Below are positions 1-10,264 of a stretch of DNA of 64,000 nt, one piece after another (positions within the stretch are counted from its first letter, which is position 1; every line of letters begins with the position of its first letter). The position numbers were made by a program, and so were the translations under genes. The notes under the pieces were generated by a model, which made no database searches, was not told the DNA's origin, and worked only from the letters and a program-made list of their open reading frames with translations. The DNA comes from Thermoanaerobaculia bacterium (GTDB lineage: Bacteria; Acidobacteriota; Thermoanaerobaculia; UBA5066): positions 1 to 64,000 of the forward strand of contig JBBRRY010000015.1 of NCBI GenBank assembly GCA_038245905.1, given 5' to 3'.

Positions 1-738
1 GCCTCGGGTCCGTTCTCGGATCTCAAGGACCTCCTTGGCGGGCTCGAGGGGCAATGGGGCTCGCTCAAGTGCGGCTGCCATCCGAACTGCGGCATCGCGA
101 CGATGATGCTGGTCAGGCCGGACACGGGCCAGGCCGTACCGCTGACGCAGATCCTCGACGCGGACCGGCTCCTGCGCGACCTGATCGTGGTCACGGACGC
201 GGCTCGCGGCCGCTTCCTCACGATCGTCCAGACCGCCCTCGCGCTCGCGCGCAACATCCGTCCCGACGGCGTCCCGCACAACCTCGGCGTCTGGGAGACG
301 CTCAAGGTCATGGACGGCCACACGGGCAAGGGAATGGGGATCGCCAAGCAGGGCCGCTACCCTTGGCGCGTCCTTCTCGTCGCGGGGATGTGGTTCCAGG
401 ACCTTTTCAACTACGATTTCCGCCGAACGGAGATGTGCATCATTCCCTACGGCACGCAGCTCGGAGAGATCTCCTTCTGTGCCTACAACACGGGCGCCGG
501 CTGGCGGAAGATCGTCGAGGAGATGCACCAGAGCGCGACACTGTCGGAGTGGTACAAGGACAAGGGCCGCCACCCCGTGTACGCGCACGGCAAGCGTGTT
601 CCGCTTCCCGCGTTCACGCCCGCGCCGGTCCCTTCCACGCTTCCCGTTTTCGAGCCCGGACTTCCCGCCGCCGCGCGGACAAGCGAGATCCCGCTCTCGC
701 CGATGCTCCCGAGCTACGGGTCCGCCTCGGGGAAATAA
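1..738 (+). CDS. C-terminal part of a radical SAM protein, tetraether lipid synthase (Tes/MJ0619)-like family; 5' end lies outside the window
   Basis: Frame is open from base 1 (ASGPFSDLKD...KCGCHPNCG). CHPNCG and FQDLFNYDFRRTEMCIIPYG...ISFCAYN resemble the C-terminal auxiliary-cluster motifs of the MJ0619 family. The CxxxCxxC motif is not in the window. Confidence 0.7.
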   Translation, partial: ASGPFSDLKDLLGGLEGQWGSLKCGCHPNCGIATMMLVRPDTGQAVPLTQILDADRLLRDLIVVTDAARGRFLTIVQTALALARNIRPDGVPHNLGVWETLKVMDGHTGKGMGIAKQGRYPWRVLLVAGMWFQDLFNYDFRRTEMCIIPYGTQLGEISFCAYNTGAGWRKIVEEMHQSATLSEWYKDKGRHPVYAHGKRVPLPAFTPAPVPSTLPVFEPGLPAAARTSEIPLSPMLPSYGSASGK

Positions 739-745
739 TCGGCTT

Positions 746-1945
746 TCAGCGCACAGCGACGGCGACGAGCGTCACGTCGTCGTCGAGCGGCCGTGACCCG
801 CGGAATGCATCTGCTTCGGCGAAAAGCGCGTCGACCACCGCCTGTGGCCCTTCCGGAGCGGCGCGAAGGAAGACGGCCAGGACGCGCGGGTAGCCGAGCA
901 CGTCGTCGCCATCGCGGCGACATTCGGGGAGGCCGTCGGTGAAGAAGAGCAGCCGGTCCCCGCTCGCGACGACGATCTCCTTCTCGACATACTTGGCGCG
1001 CGTGAGCTGGCCGGGAGGCGGGGCCCCGATCAGGATCTCGTCCACGGCACCCGCCGCGGCGCGGAAGTGCAGGGCGGGCGGCATGCCTCCGGCGGCAATG
1101 CGGACTCGGCCGCTCGACAACGTCGCGAGCGTGAGCGCCATATTCATGCGCGGGAGGCGCAGGCTCCTGACGCCGTCGCTCACGCGCCGCATCTCGGAGT
1201 CGAGCGCACCGCCCGAGGGGCCGGTCTGGAAGAGCGTCTTCGCGCAGACGACGAGCAGGCCTGCCCGCACGCCATGGCCCGTCGCGTCGCCGACGGCGAT
1301 CCGCAAGTCACCGTCCGCGCCGACCTGCCAGTCGTAGTAGTCGCCGCCCACCTCCGTCGCCGTGCGCATGCCGAAGGCGACGTCGAAGCCCGGAACGTCC
1401 GGAGCCGTCGCGGGGAGCATCGAGAGCTGCAGCGCGCGAGCCTCCTCGAGCTCCTGCGTCTTGCGCGCGTTCTCCGCCTCGAGCGTCAGGCGCCGGACCT
1501 CGTCCTTTGCGCGCTCCTGAGCCGCCTCGGCGAGGCTCGTCGTCGTGCGGAACGCGCTCATGACCGCCGTGATGCACAGGCCGATCAGGAAGCTCAGGAA
1601 GACGACAGGCCCGTTCGAGGCGAGGTTGAACCCCGTCACGGCCCGGATCAGCCCGATGCTGAGTGCGACAAGGGCCGTGAACAGGAACAGCGTCCGGAGC
1701 AGCACCCGGCGGGCGACGGAGCCGGGCGGGCGCGCATCGTCTGGCCGGAGAGCGAGCCACGGTCCGAGTGTCTCGAATCCGCCCCACATCACGGCGCTGA
1801 AGACGACCGAGACGAGGATCCCGCCGGCGAGCTGCGGCACCACCCCGAAGATCCTGAGGAGCAGGCCGACGGTCGCACCGAGCGGCACCGCCTTCGCGAG
1901 CGCCCGCAGCCCGGCGCGAAAATCGGGCGGCGGCAGCGGACTCAT
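746..1945 (-). CDS. Membrane-bound PP2C/SpoIIE (RsbU-like) Ser/Thr phosphatase
   Basis: About 4 N-terminal TM segments, a coiled coil, and motifs ARALQLSMLP, EVGGDYYD, GDATGHG, FFTDGL, DDVT. ATG at 1945 overlaps the upstream stop (ATGA). Confidence 0.9.
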   Translation of the reverse strand: MSPLPPPDFRAGLRALAKAVPLGATVGLLLRIFGVVPQLAGGILVSVVFSAVMWGGFETLGPWLALRPDDARPPGSVARRVLLRTLFLFTALVALSIGLIRAVTGFNLASNGPVVFLSFLIGLCITAVMSAFRTTTSLAEAAQERAKDEVRRLTLEAENARKTQELEEARALQLSMLPATAPDVPGFDVAFGMRTATEVGGDYYDWQVGADGDLRIAVGDATGHGVRAGLLVVCAKTLFQTGPSGGALDSEMRRVSDGVRSLRLPRMNMALTLATLSSGRVRIAAGGMPPALHFRAAAGAVDEILIGAPPPGQLTRAKYVEKEIVVASGDRLLFFTDGLPECRRDGDDVLGYPRVLAVFLRAAPEGPQAVVDALFAEADAFRGSRPLDDDVTLVAVAVR

Positions 1946-2724
1946 ATACGGAGGGCGGCCTCCGCGAGCGCGATGATCCCCTCGGCCGCCTCGTCCGGCT
2001 GTTCGAGCGGCACGAGGTGGCCCGCGCCCGGCACCGTAAGGAGCTTCACCCACGGCGCGCGCGCCGCGACGGCGGTCATCGCCTCGGCGTCCGAAGGCGG
2101 CGCGATCGCGTCCTCCTCGCCCACGGCGACGAGGAGCGGCCGGTTCCACGCGGAGAGGACCTCGAAGCCTTCGTCGCGGAGCGCGAGACCGGCGAGGTCG
2201 GCCATCGCGGTTGCGGGCGGCGTCGCGAGGATCATCGCGCGCGCGATCTCCTCGACCGGCTTTCCTTTCGAGATTCGGGCGAGAAGCTTCGGCAGCATGG
2301 CGGAGAGAGCCGCCTCGATCCCATCCTTGCGGAGCGACTCGATCGCTTCTTTGCGCTTCACGCGGCCCGCATCGTCGTCCGACGAAGCCTTTGTGTCGAA
2401 GAGCGCGAGGCCGAGGAGGCGGCCCCGAAACCGCGCTGCGTGCCTCTTGACGAACTCGAACGCAACGTATCCACCCATGGAAAGTCCTGCGAGGAGAAAG
2501 GGATCGCCCTCGGGCACGGAGTTGGAGATCTCCTCTGCCATGTCGTCGGCCAAGAGCGACATCGCGTGCACGGGCGCTACGGGACGGAGCGACGTGCCGC
2601 GGCCGCGAAAGTTCGGGGCGAATACGGCCGTGATCGGGCCGAGCGTGCCCGCCGCGGCGCGCCCGGCGAGCGGCTCCCAGATGCGGCGGTCGAGAGGATA
2701 GCCGTGAAAGGCGACGAGGTGCAT
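1942..2724 (-). CDS. Alpha/beta fold hydrolase
   Basis: HGYPLD, GLSMGG nucleophile elbow, GEED, AGHL. Start set at MHLVAF (2724). Confidence 0.9.
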   Translation of the reverse strand: MHLVAFHGYPLDRRIWEPLAGRAAAGTLGPITAVFAPNFRGRGTSLRPVAPVHAMSLLADDMAEEISNSVPEGDPFLLAGLSMGGYVAFEFVKRHAARFRGRLLGLALFDTKASSDDDAGRVKRKEAIESLRKDGIEAALSAMLPKLLARISKGKPVEEIARAMILATPPATAMADLAGLALRDEGFEVLSAWNRPLLVAVGEEDAIAPPSDAEAMTAVAARAPWVKLLTVPGAGHLVPLEQPDEAAEGIIALAEAALRI

Positions 2725-2734
2725 GGGCAGGATA

Positions 2735-4210
2735 TTAGCGGCTGCCCGCCGGAACGACGCGCCAGTGCGCTTCGCCCGCGCGCCCATCCTCGTGCGTCTC
2801 GGACTTCACGAAGGCGTAGACGGCGGTCTCGCGGATCCGGTCGGCGTCCACGACAGGCTCGCGGAATAGGATGGGGAGACCCGGCGAGGCGCGCATCGCC
2901 GCGACGAGGCGGGCGTCGATCCCGTCCTTGTTCAGGTAGTACCAGAAGGACGGATTCACGTAGAAGCCGCCGGGCGAAAGTGTGCCGGTGAGCGGGTAGA
3001 GCGTCTGGTGTGGCGCACCGAAGACGAGCATGGTCCCCCCGCGCGCGACGCGGCCCTGTACCTCGCGCACGGCCGCGCGCGTCGTGGAGTCGTCCCAAAA
3101 GTGCACGGGAGAGCCGACTCGGTCGAGGGCGAGCGGCCCTGCGCCCAGGACGCCGACGCCTAGGAACACGAGGAGGAGCGCGACTCCCGCCGCAAGCACC
3201 GCTGTGAGGATCGTGGACGCGCGGCTCCGGCTGGCCCGGCTGGCCCGGCGGACCACAACGGCCGCGACGAGACACGCGCGCGACGCCATGAGCGCCGAGA
3301 GAGCCGTCATCGTCGCGAGGTGGAGAAGGCCCCATCGGGGCCAGGCCATCCCCGCGCACCCGAGCGCCGCGAGAGCGGCGGGGGACCGAAAGCGCCGCGC
3401 CCCGAGACGTCGCGACAGCAGCGCAAAGGCGGCGAACGGAAGGAAGAGCCAGACGGCCTCGAAGAGGTCCCCGCTGCCCGGCGGGGCCGCGATCTCTCCG
3501 GAGTGGCGCGAAAACACCGGCAGGACGAGAGTCCAGCGAAGGTGGGCGAGCGTCCGGAACGCGAGACCCCAGGCGACCGCGAATACGCCATACGGAAGCG
3601 CCACGGCCGCTCCGAACAGCGCCGCCTTGCGACCCCGGCGCGGGCGGCCGAGGACGAGCCAGAGGAAGGCGCCGAAGGCACACCAGGCGAACGTCTGCTT
3701 GACGAGGATTCCCGTGCCAAAGGCGAGGCCCGCGGCGAAAAGGACGCGCGCTTTCCCCCCGCGTTCGAAGTGCTCGAGCAGCAGGACTCCCGCGAGAGCC
3801 AGCGGAGCAAGCATTGGCTCGGGCCACAGTGCCGGGCCCTCCGCATAAACCGTGAGCAGAACGAGGAACGGCACGCCGGCGAAGAGTCCGGCGACGGGCC
3901 CGGTCAACGAGGCGCCCCGCCGGCGCGTGCCGAGGACGAGGAGAACCCCGCTCGCGGCGAGAGCGAGCGCGGGGATCGCGCGCAGGACGCCCGCCGAGAA
4001 GCCGAGCGTGCCGCCGAGGAGCGCCGTGAGGAGGATCAGGAGTGGCGTGTGCGGGAAGAAGATGCCGTCGTACAGACGGACGCCCTGTGTCACGAACCAG
4101 GCCGGCGTCACGATCTCCGGCCACGCCGTCGTCCCCACGGCGAAGGGAAGTGCTCCCGCGAGGAGGGCCGCGAGCGCGGCGAGCGGGGTGGCCGCGCGGG
4201 GCGTCTTCAC
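2735..4210 (-). CDS. Polytopic membrane protein, probable GT-C (ArnT/PMT-like) glycosyltransferase
   Basis: Many TM helices; LYDGIFFPHTPL, PEP and LVKQ motifs typical of GT-C membrane glycosyltransferases; GTG start overlaps the upstream stop. Confidence 0.6.
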   Translation of the reverse strand: MKTPRAATPLAALAALLAGALPFAVGTTAWPEIVTPAWFVTQGVRLYDGIFFPHTPLLILLTALLGGTLGFSAGVLRAIPALALAASGVLLVLGTRRRGASLTGPVAGLFAGVPFLVLLTVYAEGPALWPEPMLAPLALAGVLLLEHFERGGKARVLFAAGLAFGTGILVKQTFAWCAFGAFLWLVLGRPRRGRKAALFGAAVALPYGVFAVAWGLAFRTLAHLRWTLVLPVFSRHSGEIAAPPGSGDLFEAVWLFLPFAAFALLSRRLGARRFRSPAALAALGCAGMAWPRWGLLHLATMTALSALMASRACLVAAVVVRRASRASRSRASTILTAVLAAGVALLLVFLGVGVLGAGPLALDRVGSPVHFWDDSTTRAAVREVQGRVARGGTMLVFGAPHQTLYPLTGTLSPGGFYVNPSFWYYLNKDGIDARLVAAMRASPGLPILFREPVVDADRIRETAVYAFVKSETHEDGRAGEAHWRVVPAGSR

Positions 4211-4584
4211 CCGGGCCGGTAAGTCACGCTGTTGCGTGTTCCCTCCCAGACGGTGACCTCGTCGAGCCGCGCGCCGCCCTTCAGATGGCCGGCCTTCGCG
4301 ATCTCATCCGCGACCCAGAGCGCCACGTTCTCGGCGCTCGCGTTTTTCCGATCGAACGGCGGAACAGAATTGAGGTCCCGATTGTGGAGCCGCGACGCGA
4401 GCTCCTTCACGAAGGCCTCGGTCGGGACGAAGTCGACCGAGAGGTCGTACGCGCCGAGGTGCTCGACCGAGAGGGAGATTTCGATCTTCCAGGAATGGCC
4501 GTGGACGGGCTCGGGGCCGCCGGCGTAGTCCACGAGATGGTGCGCGGCCTCGAAAGTCGCGTGGCAGCGGACGGTCCAGCGCAT
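4207..4584 (-). CDS. 6-pyruvoyl-tetrahydropterin synthase family (QueD/PTPS), PTPS-III-type signature
   Basis: FEAAHHL, EPVHGHSW, VDF, SAENVA, VWEG motifs. Start at MRWTVR (4584). Confidence 0.88.
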   Translation of the reverse strand: MRWTVRCHATFEAAHHLVDYAGGPEPVHGHSWKIEISLSVEHLGAYDLSVDFVPTEAFVKELASRLHNRDLNSVPPFDRKNASAENVALWVADEIAKAGHLKGGARLDEVTVWEGTRNSVTYRPG

Positions 4585-4594
4585 GGCCGGCAGT

Positions 4595-7162
4595 CTACGA
4601 CTGAAGGACGGTCTCGAGGCGCGTGACGCGGATGCCGTGCTGTCCCTCGGGCGGGACGCCATATTCCTTCTCGAGGAACTTCTTCGGGGTCGTGGCCGAC
4701 TGTCCCATGAGCGAGAGGCGTTCCTCGCGGGTCTCCCCGTTCGGCAACGTGAACGAATAGACCGCCTCCGTCGCGGCGCGGCCGAGGGACTTCGCCCCCT
4801 TCGGCAGCTCCCGGCAGCCCGTGATCCTGAGACCCGTCGGGAGGCGGTCGTTCACGGCGGCGACGTGCGCGTCCGAAAGCGCGTCGAGGACGTCCACGTC
4901 GAAGAGCTCGTGCTTCGACTCGTGGCCGAGGGGCAGCGCCGGGCCCATGGACATCCGGAGGTGCGGGTTGTAGCCCTCCGTGTAGCGCACGGGCGCGCCC
5001 GAGGCGCGCAGCGCGCGCTCGAGGACGTCCATCGTGTTCCGGTGCGAGAGGTAGCGCGCGTCTCCGAGCTTCTCGAACGTGAGCCGGTACGACCGTGCCG
5101 TCTCGGTGAGCGGGACAGCGAGCGTCCCGCCCGGCTTTCGCCGCTCGTGGAGCGGCTGGAGATCGGGCGTCGATTTCATGCGGTATGCGGCGCCCTTGGC
5201 TTTGTCCGTATAGGCCGAGGGGAGAGAGAGAGGAAGAGAAAGAGGAAAAGAGGATTTTTCTTCGAATGGCAAAGAGGGCGTTTCCGAAGCAGAAATCTCT
5301 TCTCCGAATCCGAATTCCTTCGGCAGCGGGGCCGCGAGGACGATGTCCTCGCCGTTGCCGGGGACGCCGCACGCATAGCAGTGCCCCCACTTGCAGTCGT
5401 CGATCTGCATCTCCTTCAGGGCCTTCTTCCACTCGACGACGAGGAACGGCTTGCGGATGAACGCGTCGACGACGTCCCAGGGAAGGGTCTCCTTGAGGTC
5501 CTTGTCGCGCAGGTGGCGGCTCTTCGGAACGCCAGCCGCGACGAGGGCCTCGTTCCAGCGCTCCCACGAGAAGTGCTCGCTCCACGCGTCGAAGCGTCCG
5601 CCGCGCTTCCAGACCTCGAGAATTGCGCCCCCCATGCGCCGATCGCCGAGCGAGAGCATCGTCTCGATTTCGGCTTCCTTCGGCTCGTGCCACGTCATCT
5701 TCGCGCCCCTCACCGGGCGGAATCGGTCCTTGAGATAGGCGAGCTTCCGGGTGAGGTTCTCGACGCCGTCGAACGCGAACCACTGGAACGGCGTAAAGCT
5801 CTTCGGCACGAAGGATCCGACCGATACGTTCACCGTCGGCTTCACACCGTGCTTCTTGCCCTGGGCGAGGATGTCCTTGACGAGCGTCACGAGCTCGTCG
5901 AGGTCGGGATCAGTCTCCGTCGGGAGGCCGATCATCGTGTAGACCTTGATCATGTCCCAGCCGCGCGAGAAGGCGACGTCGGCGGCCTTCACCATGTCGG
6001 CATTCGTGAATGTCTTGTTGATGACGCGGCGGAGCCGGTCCGACCCCGTCTCGGGAGCGAATGTGAACCCCGACTTACGCACCTCCGAGACCGCGTCCGC
6101 GAGGCCTACGGAGAAGGCCTCGGCGCGCAGGGAGGGCAGCGAAATCGACACCTTCGTCTTCGCAAGCTCCGGGGCGAGGCATGCGACGAGCGGCTCGATC
6201 TGCGAATAGTCGGCCGACGAGAGGGAGAGGAGGCCGACCTCGCTCCAGCCTGCCTCGTTGATGAAGGCCTTCGTGGCCTTCGCGACGTCGGCGGGGTCCA
6301 GCTCGCGCACGGGCCGGTACCAGTAACCGGCCTGGCAGAAGCGGCAGCCCTGCGTGCAGCCGCGCATGATCTCGAGGCCGAGGCGGTCCTGGATGATGTC
6401 GACAGACGGCACCATGGGCTTTGCCGGGTAAACGTCGGCCGAGAGCTTCTCGACCCAGACGCGGCTCGCCTTCTCGGGAACCCCGGGCGCGTTCGGCCTC
6501 GTCGACGCGACGCGGTCGCCGTCATAAAGGACGTCGTAAAGAGAGGGCGCGTAGATTCCCGGACACCCTGCGAAGGCGAGGAGGCGCTCGCGGCGCGGGA
6601 GGCCGCGCGTCGCCGCGACCATCTCGAGAAAGACGGGAAGGGCCTCCTCGGCGTCGCCGATCAGGAAGACGTCGAAGAAGTCGGCGAGCGGCTCGGGGTT
6701 CGCGGTGCACGGACCGCCGCCGATGACGATCGGGTCCGCGTCGCTTCGGTCCGAGGCGAGCACGGGGATGTCCGAGAGGTCGAGCATGTTCGGGACGTTC
6801 GTGTAATTCAGCTCGCTCTGGAGGGAGAAACCGACGACGTCGAAGTCCGAAACAGGGGCAAACGACTCGACCGAGAAAAGAGGGACCTTCTCGCGGCGGA
6901 GCACGGCTTCGAAGTCGACCCACGGGGCATACGTTCTCTCGCAGGCCCACTCCGCGCGCCGGTTCACGATTTCATAGAGGATCTTCGTACCCGTGTGGCT
7001 CATCCCGATCTCGTAGGCGTCCGGAAACGCGAGGCATACACTGACCGACGTGGCGCCGAGATCCTTGCGCGTCACGTTCCTCTCGAGGCCGAGGTAGCGC
7101 CCGGGGCGCTCGACGGCGAGGAGGAAGGGCTCGAAGCGGGGGCGGACGGACGTGTAACGCAC
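4595..7162 (-). CDS. B12-binding radical SAM protein (TIGR03960-like) fused to a TIGR03936/DUF2344-like domain
   Basis: VERPGRYLGLE, FPDAYEIGMS, RGCTQGCRFC (CxxxCxxC), FAPETG, MIGLPTE; C-terminal CKWGHCYAC followed by FEKLGDARYLSH...YTEGYNPH. Confidence 0.9.
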   Translation of the reverse strand: MRYTSVRPRFEPFLLAVERPGRYLGLERNVTRKDLGATSVSVCLAFPDAYEIGMSHTGTKILYEIVNRRAEWACERTYAPWVDFEAVLRREKVPLFSVESFAPVSDFDVVGFSLQSELNYTNVPNMLDLSDIPVLASDRSDADPIVIGGGPCTANPEPLADFFDVFLIGDAEEALPVFLEMVAATRGLPRRERLLAFAGCPGIYAPSLYDVLYDGDRVASTRPNAPGVPEKASRVWVEKLSADVYPAKPMVPSVDIIQDRLGLEIMRGCTQGCRFCQAGYWYRPVRELDPADVAKATKAFINEAGWSEVGLLSLSSADYSQIEPLVACLAPELAKTKVSISLPSLRAEAFSVGLADAVSEVRKSGFTFAPETGSDRLRRVINKTFTNADMVKAADVAFSRGWDMIKVYTMIGLPTETDPDLDELVTLVKDILAQGKKHGVKPTVNVSVGSFVPKSFTPFQWFAFDGVENLTRKLAYLKDRFRPVRGAKMTWHEPKEAEIETMLSLGDRRMGGAILEVWKRGGRFDAWSEHFSWERWNEALVAAGVPKSRHLRDKDLKETLPWDVVDAFIRKPFLVVEWKKALKEMQIDDCKWGHCYACGVPGNGEDIVLAAPLPKEFGFGEEISASETPSLPFEEKSSFPLSLPLSLPSAYTDKAKGAAYRMKSTPDLQPLHERRKPGGTLAVPLTETARSYRLTFEKLGDARYLSHRNTMDVLERALRASGAPVRYTEGYNPHLRMSMGPALPLGHESKHELFDVDVLDALSDAHVAAVNDRLPTGLRITGCRELPKGAKSLGRAATEAVYSFTLPNGETREERLSLMGQSATTPKKFLEKEYGVPPEGQHGIRVTRLETVLQS

Positions 7163-7236
7163 GGGGACTCTCCGAACGGGGCAGTCTAGCGGATCGCTGA
7201 GACGCCGTCGCGACGCGTCGTCAGGCGGTATTCAAG

Positions 7237-7821
7237 TCAGCCGGTCTTCGACTTCCCGACGCCCACGGGGCAGGAGACGCCCGTTCCCCCGATGCCGCAG
7301 TAGCCGTCGGGGTTCTTCGCGAGGTACTGCTGGTGGTAGTCCTCGGCGTAATAGAACTCGGGGGCGGGCAGGATCTCGGTCGTGATCGCGCCGTAGCCCG
7401 CGGTGGCGAGTTCCTTCTGGAACGCGATCTTCGACGCCTCGGCCGCCGCGCGCTGCGCCTCGTCGAAGGTATAGATCCCGGACCGGTACTGCGTTCCGGC
7501 GTCGTTCCCTTGTCGCATTCCCTGCGTCGGATCGTGGCTCTCCCAGAAGACCCTCAGGAGATCCTGGTACGAGACGTGCGCGGGATCGAAAACCACGAGC
7601 ACGGTCTCGTTGTGCCCCGTCCGTCCCGTGCAGACCTCGCGGTAGGAAGGGTTCGACGTCGTGCCCGCGGCGTAGCCGACCGCGGTCGAGAAGACGCCCG
7701 GCACCTGCCAGAACTTTTTTTCGGCGCCCCAGAAGCAGCCCATCCCGAAGAGCGCGCGCCGCATTCCCGCGGGGAAGGGCGGCTCGATCGGATGGCCGTT
7801 GACGAAGTGCGCGACGGGCAT
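7237..7821 (-). CDS. msrA: Peptide methionine (S)-sulfoxide reductase
   Basis: [41 protein letters not shown]. Confidence 0.97.
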   Translation of the reverse strand: MPVAHFVNGHPIEPPFPAGMRRALFGMGCFWGAEKKFWQVPGVFSTAVGYAAGTTSNPSYREVCTGRTGHNETVLVVFDPAHVSYQDLLRVFWESHDPTQGMRQGNDAGTQYRSGIYTFDEAQRAAAEASKIAFQKELATAGYGAITTEILPAPEFYYAEDYHQQYLAKNPDGYCGIGGTGVSCPVGVGKSKTG

Positions 7822-7935
7822 GGCGTCGGATTCTGCGCCTCGTGCGAGCAGAAGAGAAGCGATCCGTTTGCAGAAACCGAACGGTCGTCCCGGTCGATTG
7901 ACTCCCCGAAGGCAGCGGCCTAGATTGCCGTTCAG

Positions 7936-8328
7936 ATGGCTCTTGACGACAAGGTCCGCGCGTACCTTCGCGAACTCGGCGCCGCGCTCAACGAAGCGGT
8001 GTCCTCCTCGGAGAAGGTGCACGAGATCCTCGGGAAGATGAAGGCCGAGGGTTACGGGGTCTATCTCGTCCTCGACGCGACGGTGGCTCTGGAGAAACGG
8101 GGGCGGAGATCGTCGGCGGCTCTTCCCTCGATTCGGCGCGGCGCGCTGCAGGCGGCCCGTGCTCCCGAGGACGGCGAGGGCGCAACCATCGAGCGTGCGG
8201 TCTTCCAGATAAACGTCAAGGACTTGAGCTTCCTGCGCTCCGTCGGGATCGATCCCACGCGGCCCATCCGCTCCCGCCGCCGCCCGCAGGCCGCCGTGAC
8301 GATCCGGTCCACGATCGCGAAACGCTGA
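7936..8328 (+). CDS. Hypothetical protein upstream of rlmN
   Basis: Good codon usage, ATG start, co-oriented 15 bp upstream of rlmN; no recognised domain. Confidence 0.7.
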   Translation: MALDDKVRAYLRELGAALNEAVSSSEKVHEILGKMKAEGYGVYLVLDATVALEKRGRRSSAALPSIRRGALQAARAPEDGEGATIERAVFQINVKDLSFLRSVGIDPTRPIRSRRRPQAAVTIRSTIAKR

Positions 8329-8343
8329 AGTACCCTGCTCGCC

Positions 8344-9432
8344 ATGCAGGATCTTCTGGGTCTTTCCCCTCTCGACGTCGCGCGTGCCGTGCGCGAAGTC
8401 GCGCCGGAGTCCTTCCGCGCTGCGCAGATTTTCAGGTGGATCCACGAGCGGCGCGCCGCGGACTTCAGCGAGATGACGAATCTCCCGAAGGCGATGCGCG
8501 AGGCCCTCGCCAGGGACTTCACGATCGGCCTCCCGAAGACCGTCGCGAGAACCCCTGCGCCCGATAGCTCCGAGAAATTCCTGTTCGAGCTGGCGGACCA
8601 GGCGCGCGTCGAAGCCGTATACATCGTCGAGTCGAAGAAGACACCCTCGTGGACCGACCCCGAGACGCCGGGCGCTTCGCGCGTGACGATCTGCCTGTCC
8701 TCGCAGGCGGGCTGTGCGCTGGACTGCGCATTCTGCGTGACGGGACGTATGGGCGCTGGCCGCAATCTCACGGCGGGAGAGATCGTCGGCCAGTACCTTT
8801 CGATCGCGCGCGCGAAGAGCTTCTCACCGCACGAGGCAAACGTCGTCTTCATGGGCATGGGAGAGCCTCTCTTGAACGTCGCGAACGTGGTGCGGGCGCT
8901 CGATCTTCTCGAGGAGGAGGTCTCGCCGAAGCGCACGACCGTCTCGACGGCGGGCGTCGTGCCAGGAATCGAGACGCTCGCGGGCCGGCCGCACCGGCCG
9001 AACCTCGCCGTGTCGCTCTCGGCCGCGGACGACGAGACGCGGACGAAGCTCATGCCGATCAACCGGACGTATCCCATCGCGCAGCTCCTTGCCGCGCTCA
9101 AGCGGTGGCCGCTCGAGCGCGGGCGGCGCATCACCTTCGAGTACGTCCTCATCACGGGCGTGAACGACGCCGTGCCACAGGCCAAGGCGCTCGCGGCGCT
9201 CCTGCGCCCGCTGCCGTCCAAGGTCAATCTGATTCCCCTCAACGAGTCGAAGGAATGGCTGCCCGGTCTTGCGCGGCCGGCGGATGCAGTCGTGAACGCC
9301 TTTGCGAAAGCGGTCGCGGACGGCGGTGTGCCGGTGACGGTGCGCTGGTCGAAGGGCCTGCAGGCCGACGCGGCGTGCGGTCAGCTCAGGGGGCGCGAAG
9401 AGCCGCGGCGCCCGGTGCAGCAGGCGCTCTGA
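8344..9432 (+). CDS. rlmN: 23S rRNA (adenine2503-C2)-methyltransferase, radical SAM
   Basis: [33 protein letters not shown]. Confidence 0.95.
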   Translation: MQDLLGLSPLDVARAVREVAPESFRAAQIFRWIHERRAADFSEMTNLPKAMREALARDFTIGLPKTVARTPAPDSSEKFLFELADQARVEAVYIVESKKTPSWTDPETPGASRVTICLSSQAGCALDCAFCVTGRMGAGRNLTAGEIVGQYLSIARAKSFSPHEANVVFMGMGEPLLNVANVVRALDLLEEEVSPKRTTVSTAGVVPGIETLAGRPHRPNLAVSLSAADDETRTKLMPINRTYPIAQLLAALKRWPLERGRRITFEYVLITGVNDAVPQAKALAALLRPLPSKVNLIPLNESKEWLPGLARPADAVVNAFAKAVADGGVPVTVRWSKGLQADAACGQLRGREEPRRPVQQAL

Positions 9433-9434
9433 CT

Positions 9435-10211
9435 TCACCGGGAAAGCCGGACGATTCCAGTCAGGATCCGGCCGGCGGCCGCCCCGTCCCGGCGCCAGGA
9501 AGGGAGATTCTGAGTGCTTGCCGTGCAGGGTCCGCCCGTCACGATGCGCTCGGGGCGAACGCCGCGCGCGCGGAGGGCCGCGAGGTTGAACGCGGCCACG
9601 TCGACGAAAGCCTTTCCGCCCGCGCCAGGCGCGATCGCGCCCTCGGGGGCCCCGCCATACGCCTCGCGGAGCGCGGTGACGACTTCGGGACCGACCTCGT
9701 ACTTCTCGCGCGAGATCGAAGGGCCGAATGCGGCATGGAGGTTCTCCGCCCGTACGCCCTGGGCGGCGAGTGCATCGAGCGCGGCGTCGAGGACGCGCGC
9801 GGCCGTTCCGCGCCAGCCCGCGTGGACGGCCGCGATCCAGCCCGTCTCGGCGTCCGCGAGAACGATCGGAACGCAGTCGGCGGACGCGACGGCGAGGAGG
9901 ACGTTCGGCCGGCAGGTCAGGAGGGCGTCGCCTTCTCCGAGGAGGACGTCCCACCGCTCACGCGGTGGTTCTTCGAAGGTGAGAACGCGGGCGCCGTGCA
10001 CCTGCTTCAGTCTCACGACATCGGCCGCCGGCGCGCCGAGGGCCTCGGCGAGCGCGCGTGCGGCAAGATCGGGGTCGAGCGGGCGCGCGGTCAGGGGTCC
10101 GCGCGTGAACCCGGCCGCGAAACCCGGGACGCCGCCGAGCGACAGACGCGAAACAGCGCTGGCGGGGCTGGCGCCGGCCGAGGTCGCGCGTGCAGGCATC
10201 TCCCGATCCAT
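9435..10211 (-). CDS. pgeF: YfiH/PgeF family (polyphenol oxidase-like / purine nucleoside phosphorylase) protein
   Basis: QVHG, ADCVP, HAGWRG, GPSI, CT...SWRR motifs. Confidence 0.9.
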   Translation of the reverse strand: MDREMPARATSAGASPASAVSRLSLGGVPGFAAGFTRGPLTARPLDPDLAARALAEALGAPAADVVRLKQVHGARVLTFEEPPRERWDVLLGEGDALLTCRPNVLLAVASADCVPIVLADAETGWIAAVHAGWRGTAARVLDAALDALAAQGVRAENLHAAFGPSISREKYEVGPEVVTALREAYGGAPEGAIAPGAGGKAFVDVAAFNLAALRARGVRPERIVTGGPCTASTQNLPSWRRDGAAAGRILTGIVRLSR

Positions 10212-10264
10212 CTTCCCATTCTAAGAAGATCTTCTTCTCTTCTTCCCCTCTAGAATCCCGCTGC

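Noticed and set aside
1-4584. Pterin pathway link between the MJ0619-like enzyme (old pterin methyltransferase annotation) and the PTPS gene
   Set aside because: MJ0619 has been reassigned as a tetraether synthase; the genes are convergent and separated by unrelated genes.
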